The translations under genes were made by a program, and so were the position numbers. Below the pieces are notes generated by a model that made no database searches, was not told where the DNA came from, and saw only the letters and a list, made by a program, of their open reading frames with translations. This document shows, in pieces, positions 25,344-32,000 of a stretch of 32,000 nt of DNA; the first letter of the stretch is position 1; the number at the start of each line of letters is the position of its first letter. The DNA is from Tannockella kyphosi (GTDB lineage Bacteria; Bacillota_I; Bacilli_A; Erysipelotrichales; Coprobacillaceae): assembly GCF_021054785.1 (NCBI RefSeq), contig NZ_CP088239.1, positions 690,001 through 722,000 on the forward strand. Reading direction: 5' to 3'.

Positions 25344-25607
25344 ATGAACGCAAAAATTAAAAAGGTTATTAAGGAAATTGATAACACAGAGCAGAAAATT
25401 GCAGAATTTCAAGAAAGATTAAAACAGCTAAATCAAGAAAAAGTAGATTTAGAAAATCTTGAAATTATCGGTATGGTTAGAGGAATGAAAGTAACAACTT
25501 ATGATATTGAAAATGTTATGAAATCATTTACTGATTTTTATAAAAATGGAGCTTCTTTAAAACAAGAAGATAAAAAGAAAATGGAGGATATTATTGATGA
25601 AGATTAA
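25344..25607 (+). CDS. DUF4315-type small coiled-coil protein
   Basis: 87 aa. KIKKVIKEIDNTEQKIAEFQERLKQLNQEKVDLENLEIIGMVRGM is the typical pattern for this family. Confidence 0.65.
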   Translation: MNAKIKKVIKEIDNTEQKIAEFQERLKQLNQEKVDLENLEIIGMVRGMKVTTYDIENVMKSFTDFYKNGASLKQEDKKKMEDIIDED

Positions 25608-26271
25608 AATTATGACTTTAACCCTTGTTATGACACTTTGCATGGGTATGACTTCGCTAACAGCTTTTGCTAGTAGTACGGATGAGAGTGATACAGAAGA
25701 AACTACAACGATTTCTTCTACTGAAACTTATTCACTCACTCCCGAGGGTAACTTAACCCTTGTTGATGATGTAGAAACAGATAACACAGAAGATAAACAA
25801 TTTATTACAGTGCAAAGTAAAAATGGAAATTACTTTTATCTTGTTATTGATCATTCGGGTGATACAGACAACGTATACTTTCTAAATCTAGTTGATGAAG
25901 CTGACTTATTAGCTCTTATCGAAGATGAGCCACAAGTAGAGTCTACACCAACAGTAGATACTTCTGATACTACTGGAACTACCGATTTAACAGAAACAGA
26001 GTCAACAACTACAAATACGACTACTGGAGAAACATCAGCAGCTGAAGCAAGCAGTTCTATGATGCTTGCAGTAGTAGGACTTGTAGCATTGCTCGGTGGT
26101 GGATTATTTTATTATCTTAAATTCATGAAACCAAAGAAAAATACAGCAAAACCGACAACGGATTTTGATGATTTTGAATTTGAAGATGAAGATGATACTG
26201 ACGAAGAAGAATATGGTTTTGATTTTGATGATGCTACGGATGAAGAACTGGAGGATGAATTAAATGACTAA
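25597..26271 (+). CDS. DUF4366-type secreted/anchored conjugation protein (CD1107-type)
   Basis: Signal peptide, then LTPEGNLTLVDDV...KQFITVQSKNGNYFYLVIDH...VYFLNLVDEADLLAL, a Thr-rich linker, a C-terminal TM helix and a very acidic tail. Confidence 0.7.
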   Translation: MKIKIMTLTLVMTLCMGMTSLTAFASSTDESDTEETTTISSTETYSLTPEGNLTLVDDVETDNTEDKQFITVQSKNGNYFYLVIDHSGDTDNVYFLNLVDEADLLALIEDEPQVESTPTVDTSDTTGTTDLTETESTTTNTTTGETSAAEASSSMMLAVVGLVALLGGGLFYYLKFMKPKKNTAKPTTDFDDFEFEDEDDTDEEEYGFDFDDATDEELEDELND

Positions 26272-27286
26272 GCCATTGCCTTTTACAAATGAAGAAATGA
26301 GCCGAGTGTTTGATACTAACTTAATTGAATATGCTAAATCACAAGGTTTTGATGTGGTAAGAGCAGACAGAAAGTCCTATCGTGTGAAAGATTACGGAGG
26401 ACTTTTTCTATTTCCCAAAGGGTATCATCACTTTAGTGAAACTGACAGTGGAAACATTGTCGGTTTTGCAAAGAAATATCAAGGATTTACTTTTATTGAA
26501 GCAGTAGAGCATATCCTAAATTCAAAGGCTTATGCAAATACTATTCCAGTAGTAGTAGAGCATGAAATGAAAAGAGGTGAACTGGTACTCCCTATTAAAA
26601 ATGAAGATAGTAGTAAAGTGAAAAAGTACCTAATCGAAGATAGATGCCTTGATAAAGATATTGTTGAGGAACTAATTTTACAAGGCAAGATTTATTCGGC
26701 TGTATCTGAATTTAAGGGAGCAACTTTTACAAATTGTGCCTTTGTATCTTATGACAACAATAACAATCCTAAGTATTGTGCGTTGCGTGGATTAGGAAAA
26801 AGCAACTTTAGGCAAGATGTTAGAAATTCAGACAAGACCTATGGATTTTTGTTGAATGGAACTGGAACAAGAGTATTTATATTTGAAAGTCCTATTGATG
26901 CAATTAGTCATGCGACACAAACGAAACTTAACGATATGAACTACCAAGATGATTATCGTATTTCAGAAGGTTGTCTTTCGGATAAGGCATTATCAAGGTT
27001 TTTAGAAAGTAATCCAAAGGTAACAGAAGTTGTGTTTTGCTTTGATAATGATTTGAATGGTAAAAATCACGAAGGCAAACCACATAATCATGGTCAAGAG
27101 TTTGCTAAAAAATGTGCGAGTAAGTACATGGATAAAGGATACAAAGTTTTTATTCATACACCAACAAGAAAAGACTTTAATGCAGATTTGCAATTTATTC
27201 AAAAATCAGTTGTAAAAAAATTGAGGGAAGCAGAAATGACACCTCGAAATGATAAAAAAGGAGAAGTGAAAACTTATGAAAGATAA
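26264..27286 (+). CDS. DUF3991 plus Toprim domain protein (primase-like)
   Basis: N-terminal ..YAKSQGFDVVRADRKSYRVKDYGGLFLF.., followed by the Toprim-like acidic motifs FIFESPIDAIS and VVFCFDNDLNG. Confidence 0.7.
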   Translation: MTKPLPFTNEEMSRVFDTNLIEYAKSQGFDVVRADRKSYRVKDYGGLFLFPKGYHHFSETDSGNIVGFAKKYQGFTFIEAVEHILNSKAYANTIPVVVEHEMKRGELVLPIKNEDSSKVKKYLIEDRCLDKDIVEELILQGKIYSAVSEFKGATFTNCAFVSYDNNNNPKYCALRGLGKSNFRQDVRNSDKTYGFLLNGTGTRVFIFESPIDAISHATQTKLNDMNYQDDYRISEGCLSDKALSRFLESNPKVTEVVFCFDNDLNGKNHEGKPHNHGQEFAKKCASKYMDKGYKVFIHTPTRKDFNADLQFIQKSVVKKLREAEMTPRNDKKGEVKTYER

Positions 27287-28151
27287 CGTAATGGAACCAA
27301 AAATCCTTGAACATGGGGATTTTGGTGAAATTAGAACAACAGTTGATATTGGTGGTAATCCTATGTTTTGTGGATCTGATGTTGCCACAGCTTTAGGATA
27401 CAAAGAACCACGCAAGGCTATTGCTAGACATACAAAGGGTGGGACGAAATATCCCACCCTTACGAATGGAGGTGTGCAAGATTTAGTATTTATCTATGAA
27501 CCGGATTTATATAGGTTGTTGGTTAAAAGTAAACTTCCATTAGCACAAGAATTTGAACGATGGGTATTTGAAGATGTTTTACCTTCTCTACGCAAATATG
27601 GTATATATGCAACTGATGAAGTTCTTGCAAACGATGAGAAATTCAATGAGTTAAAGAAACAACTAAAAGAAGAAAGAAAAGCAATGCGACTTCAAAAATC
27701 TAAATGCTCTGAACTTAAAAAAAATAATAAAGAGTTAATTTCTTGCATTGAAGAATTACAGATTGCTAATCTACACCAAGCAGTAGACATTGAAGCTCTT
27801 GAAGAAATTATGGAAGAAGCTCAAGATATGGTTGACTATGCAGAAATCATCTTAGGTAGCGACCTTGATATGACAGCTACTCAAATTGCAGCAGATTATG
27901 GCATTTCAGCTATTAGATTAAACAATTTATTGCATGAAGCAGGACTACATCGAAAAGTAAACGGTCAATGGGTGCTATATCGTAAATACATGAATTGTGG
28001 ATATGCAAATTCCTACACTGGTTTTGTAGAACAATTTGAGCATTATCATGTGCAAACTAGATGGACACAAAAAGGAAGATTGCTCATTCATCAAATTTTA
28101 AAACACGCAGGTATTAAACCTATTTGCGAATTGGAGGAACAATATGAATAA
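27276..28151 (+). CDS. antirepressor-like protein (Bro-N plus KilA-C domains)
   Basis: FGEIRTTVDIGGNPMFCGSDVATALGYKEPRKAIARH is Bro-N-like. The C-terminal TATQIAADYGISAIRLNNLLHEAGLHRKVNGQWVLY is KilAC-like. Confidence 0.75.
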   Translation: MKDNVMEPKILEHGDFGEIRTTVDIGGNPMFCGSDVATALGYKEPRKAIARHTKGGTKYPTLTNGGVQDLVFIYEPDLYRLLVKSKLPLAQEFERWVFEDVLPSLRKYGIYATDEVLANDEKFNELKKQLKEERKAMRLQKSKCSELKKNNKELISCIEELQIANLHQAVDIEALEEIMEEAQDMVDYAEIILGSDLDMTATQIAADYGISAIRLNNLLHEAGLHRKVNGQWVLYRKYMNCGYANSYTGFVEQFEHYHVQTRWTQKGRLLIHQILKHAGIKPICELEEQYE

Positions 28152-29559
28152 ATTAGTATTAGCCGAGAAACCCTCAGTAGGTCTTGCGATTGCAAAGGTC
28201 TTAGGAGCAACTACTAGACAAGATGGGTATTATGAGGGCAATGGTTATTATATTTCATGGTGTGTGGGACATCTTGTAGAACTTGCCACAGCAGAACATT
28301 ATGGAGAACAATATGCCAAGTGGAAATATGACGATTTGCCTATTCTTCCTACCGACTGGCAATATAACGTTTCAAAAGGAAAAGAAAAGCAAATGAAGAT
28401 TATCGCTAACCTCATGAACAAAACAGATGTGGCCACAATTATTTGTGCCACAGATGCAGGACGTGAGGGTGAGTTAATCTTCCGACTTGTATATGATAAA
28501 ATCGATTGTATCAAGCCTGTAAAAAGACTTTGGATTTCTTCTCTTGAAGATGAAGCAATTAGTAATGGTTTTTCTAATCTACATGATGGAGAACAATTTG
28601 AAAATCTGTATCAAGCTGCATTGTGCAGAGCAAAAGCCGACTGGCTAGTAGGCATCAATGCAACAAGATTATTTTCCGTTTTGTATGGGCAAACCTTGAA
28701 TATTGGTCGTGTAATGTCACCTACTCTTGCAATGATTGTGGAACGAAATTCACAAGTAACAGCCTTTAAATCAGAGCCACTCTATACTGTAATGTTAGAT
28801 TGTGGTGGTTTTACTCTTGCTAGTGACAAACTGAAAGATAAATCACAAGCTGAAGCTATGGCAAATGCTTGTCATAATCAAGATGTTCTTATTGAAACAG
28901 TAGAACGAAAAGAAAAGGCAGAAAAGCCACCGAAACTTTATGATTTAACCACTTTGCAACGTGAAGCCAATAAATTACTTGGTTTTACAGCAGAACAAAC
29001 TTTACAATATACACAAAGCCTATATGAGCAAAAATTAGTGACTTATCCTCGTACTGATAGTAGATACTTAACAACTGATATGAAAAACTCCGTTCCTGCT
29101 GTGGTAAATGCCAGTGCAGGAATTTTTATGTCTGATATTTCTAGTCTAGCTATCAATGTGGAGCAAGTGACAGATAACAACAAGGTATCGGATCACCATG
29201 CGATCATTCCAACTATCAAGGTAAACGGCTTTGATTTGCAGTCACTTCCACTTGGAGAACGTGAAATCTTACGATTGGTTGCAATGCGTCTTTTGACAGC
29301 CACGAATGAAAATCATATCTATGCTGAAACTGTGGTAACTGGAAAGTGTCACGATTACAGTTTTGCTACCAAAGGTAAAACAATTCTCTTTGATGGATTT
29401 AAGGCAGTTCAAAAGCTCTACAAAGAAACCGAAGAAAAAGCAGATATTCCACTACCCGAACTTGCAAAGGGTGATAGTTTTATGGCTAATTCTTCAATCA
29501 AAGAGGGCAAAACTTCACCACCTAAGAACTTTACCGACGATGTATTATGTAAAAGGTAG
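28144..29559 (+). pseudogene. topB: DNA topoisomerase III (type IA), 3'-truncated by insertion of element C
   Basis: N-terminal Toprim (MNKLVLAEKPSVG.., CATDAGREGE) and the active-site region TYPRTDSRYL. The ORF ends ..KTSPPKNFTDD plus 5 foreign codons (VLCKR). The usual continuation and the C-terminal ~200 aa are absent. Confidence 0.75.
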
Positions 29560-29592
29560 CTAAGAAACTATTAGAGAGAGAAAGGTGATTTT

Positions 29593-31434
29593 ATGAGCAA
29601 AAAGACTAAGAAAAATGCTGTTACTGCCCTGTATTCAAGGCTTTCTCGTGATGATGAAATTATAGGGGATAGTAACAGTATTGTCAATCAAAAGAAGATG
29701 TTGGAGAAGTATGCAGAGGATAATGGGTATACAAATATTCAACATTTTTCGGACGATGGAATTTCGGGTGGTACATTTGATAGACCCTCTTGGAAACAAA
29801 TGATTGAAGGTGTGGAAAGTGGAATAGTCACAACCATAATTACACGAGATTTGAGCAGAATAGGTAGAGATTATTTACAAGTTGGATTTTACACCGAAGT
29901 GATGTTTAGAGAAAAAGGAGTTAGATTTATCGCTATTGCAAACAATGTAGACAATAGCAAAAGAGAAAGTGCAGAGTTTGCTCCATTCCTAAATATTATG
30001 AATGAGTGGTATATTCGTGATACAAGTAGAAAAGTTACTTCTGTTCTTAGAGCAAGAGGTTCAGACGGAAAACATCATACCACCAATCACGCAATCTACG
30101 GTTATAAAAAATGCAAAGACAATCCAAGCCAATGGCTAATTGATGAACCTGCTGCAAGTGTAGTGAAACGAATGTTTCAAATGTGTATTGATGGGAAAGG
30201 TCCTTATCAAATTGCAAAGGTACTTACAGAGGAAAAAGTTGAAAGACCATCATACTATTTAGCACAAAGAGGAATGGGAAATCATATTTCAAATTACAAA
30301 GCCGAAGAACCTTACTTATGGAGAGGGACAACAGTTGCACATATGTTAAGCAAACCCGAATATATGGGGCATACTGTGAATTTTCGCACCTACAAAGATA
30401 GCTATAAAGATAAGCAACCGAAGAAAACAGATAAAGAAGATTGGATAATTTTCAAAGACACGCAAGAGCCTATTGTTGATGAAGCAACTTGGGAAACAGT
30501 ACAAAAACTAAAGAAAACTAAGCGTAGAAGTGATACCATTGGAGAAGCCAATCCATTAACAGGACTTATGTATTGTGCTGACTGTGGAGCGAAAATGTAT
30601 AATCATAGAGGTAGTGCTGGGTATGAACGAAATTGGTGTGGCGAAAAAACAGATAAAAAGCGACCTAATCGAGATGAATACAACTGTTCCACATATGACT
30701 TAGCAAGGCAAGATTACAGATTTGTACCTTGTACTCAGCATTATATTCGTACAGAAGCTATTAAAAATATTTTACTTGAAACTATACAAGAAGTTAGCAG
30801 ATGTGTGCAGTTAGATGAAGATAAATTTATAAATGAAATCATCAATAAGACATCATCACAACAAGAAAAATCTGTTAATTCATTGAAGCAACAAATCACA
30901 AAGGATAATCGACGAGTAATAGACTTAAACAAACTAATACGACAGCTTTATGAGGACAATGTTATTGGAAAGTTAAGTGATAAGCGTTTCAATTTGATGA
31001 TTGAAGATTATGAAGAAGAACAAAAGCAACTAGAGCAATCCATTGAGCAATCAGAAACTATGCTGAAACAACTTGATGAGGAAAGTTTTAATACTACAAA
31101 ATTCATAGAACTTATTAAGAAGTACACAGATCTTAGTGAACTTACAACACCAATGATAAATGAATTTGTTGATAAAATTTTAGTGCATGAGGGCAAATGG
31201 GAAAATTATCAGAGAACGCAAGAAATAGAAATCTATTTGAATTTCGTTGGTAAAATTGAAATCACAAAAAAGGAAATTGAACTAACAGAAACTGAAATTT
31301 TGGAACAACAAGAGTTACAGAAGAAGCGAGATAAAAAACGAGAATATAATTATCGTTATATGAGGAAACGCAGAGAAAGATTAAAAGAGGAACAAACAAA
31401 AATAAAGGCTGATGAAGAAAGTAAAGGAGCGTAA
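29593..31434 (+). CDS. large serine recombinase (element C)
   Basis: ALYSRLSRDDEIIGDSNSIVNQ, CADCGAKMY zinc ribbon, coiled coil, and the tail FVDKILVHE...IEIYLNFVGKIEI. Confidence 0.9.
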   Translation: MSKKTKKNAVTALYSRLSRDDEIIGDSNSIVNQKKMLEKYAEDNGYTNIQHFSDDGISGGTFDRPSWKQMIEGVESGIVTTIITRDLSRIGRDYLQVGFYTEVMFREKGVRFIAIANNVDNSKRESAEFAPFLNIMNEWYIRDTSRKVTSVLRARGSDGKHHTTNHAIYGYKKCKDNPSQWLIDEPAASVVKRMFQMCIDGKGPYQIAKVLTEEKVERPSYYLAQRGMGNHISNYKAEEPYLWRGTTVAHMLSKPEYMGHTVNFRTYKDSYKDKQPKKTDKEDWIIFKDTQEPIVDEATWETVQKLKKTKRRSDTIGEANPLTGLMYCADCGAKMYNHRGSAGYERNWCGEKTDKKRPNRDEYNCSTYDLARQDYRFVPCTQHYIRTEAIKNILLETIQEVSRCVQLDEDKFINEIINKTSSQQEKSVNSLKQQITKDNRRVIDLNKLIRQLYEDNVIGKLSDKRFNLMIEDYEEEQKQLEQSIEQSETMLKQLDEESFNTTKFIELIKKYTDLSELTTPMINEFVDKILVHEGKWENYQRTQEIEIYLNFVGKIEITKKEIELTETEILEQQELQKKRDKKREYNYRYMRKRRERLKEEQTKIKADEESKGA

Positions 31435-31436
31435 TT

Positions 31437-31823
31437 ATGGAACAAAGTATATTTGAAAAAATGGGTGGTACTTACATCAAAGTTGGCGATTACTATGTAC
31501 CAAATTTAGGACAGTTTGATGACAAAGAAGAAACAGATGATAGACCTTTAGGCAAGTATGGAATGATACGAGAAACATTCCTAAAAGAACATAGAAAGCC
31601 TTTATACAATCATCTGTTACTTAGTGGAGAACTACATTCCCACTTGCGTGATGTAAATGAGCAATCACAATATTTACTAGACACACTACTGCCCCAGTAC
31701 AAAGCAAATCAAGGTGTCACAGAGGAATTAAAAGCCAGTAAACAACTTCTATGGGTAGGAATGGTAAACAACATCCTAGCACAGATTGAAGAAATCATAT
31801 ACAGCGAAATTGTGTATGTATAA
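31437..31823 (+). CDS. tnpV: TnpV-family transposon protein
   Basis: 128 aa, a close paralog of 675-1064. Confidence 0.8.
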   Translation: MEQSIFEKMGGTYIKVGDYYVPNLGQFDDKEETDDRPLGKYGMIRETFLKEHRKPLYNHLLLSGELHSHLRDVNEQSQYLLDTLLPQYKANQGVTEELKASKQLLWVGMVNNILAQIEEIIYSEIVYV

Positions 31824-31833
31824 TTTAGGATTT

Positions 31834-31868
31834 AAGACGGAGCAAGTAATATTGTTTCCGTCTTTTTT
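31834..31868 (+). terminator. rho-independent terminator after tnpV
   Basis: AAGACGGA (31834-31841) pairs with TCCGTCTT (31857-31864), followed by a T-run. Confidence 0.6.
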
Positions 31869-31911
31869 CATATAAAAAATCAAATTAAAAACAGAAAAGG
31901 AGCATTTCATT

Positions 31912-32000
31912 ATGACAAAGAAAACAATCGTAGAGCAACTCAAAGAAACACAAATCGAGATTGAAAAAACAAGAACAGAAAAGAAACAAAAGGAACATCA
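31912..32000 (+). CDS. DUF3847-type protein, N-terminal part (runs off the window)
   Basis: MTKKTIVEQLKETQIEIEKTRTEKKQKEH parallels MAKKSVIEQIKDTQEEINILQVQKKQQEH. The RBS is AAAGGAG. Confidence 0.6.
   Translation, partial: MTKKTIVEQLKETQIEIEKTRTEKKQKEH

Larger units (their letters stand above)
18721..29540 (+). mobile_element. type IV secretion / DNA-processing module of the host conjugative element (ICE), bounded by elements B and C
   Basis: A contiguous co-oriented set: T4CP 3' part, Maff2, VirB6-like, PrgI, VirB4-like, CHAP hydrolase, DUF4315, DUF4366, DUF3991/Toprim, antirepressor and TopB. Confidence 0.7.
29541..32000 (+). mobile_element. Tn4451-like serine-recombinase integrative mobilizable element C (right part outside window)
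   Basis: The left-end sequence GATGTATTATGTAAAAG aligns 12/17 with the element B left end GATATAAACTGTAATAG. The same gene order follows: recombinase, TnpV, terminator, DUF3847. Confidence 0.6.

Overview
AT-rich Firmicutes (Clostridia-like) mobile DNA with almost no ordinary chromosome. My reading is a type IV secretion module of a conjugative element (18.7-29.5 kb: Maff2, VirB6-like, PrgI, VirB4-like, CHAP hydrolase, DUF4315, DUF4366, DUF3991/Toprim, antirepressor, topoisomerase III), the family NCBI names after C. difficile loci CD1107-CD1115. Two of its genes are interrupted by three related Tn4451-like integrative mobilizable elements (IMEs), each carrying a large serine recombinase. Element A (<1 to ~8240) and element B (~8673 to ~18722) both sit inside the VirD4-like coupling-protein gene, leaving a 145-codon middle fragment (8239-8673) and a C-terminal fragment (18721-19539). 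Element C (~29541 to >32000) truncates topoisomerase III. The IME layout is serine recombinase, TnpV (an unrelated ORF in B), DUF3847, MobQ relaxase with an RSF1010-like oriT, an outward promoter, variable cargo, a replisome-organizer plus DnaC/IstB-like replication module, and TnpW at the right end. Cargo in A is an ECF sigma/anti-sigma/membrane-protein operon, a KTR zinc-ribbon protein and a Xer-like recombinase. Cargo in B is three small membrane proteins and an IS91-family insertion (Y2 transposase plus tyrosine recombinase). Main observations: transfer genes that only precise IME excision could restore; -35 and -10 promoter halves on opposite element ends; a 2.06 kb near-identical mobilization module shared by A and B; a candidate origin inside the replication-initiator gene; and recurring short motifs at cargo boundaries. 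All family names come from motif recognition by eye, since no searches were run. No rRNA, tRNA or CRISPR was seen.
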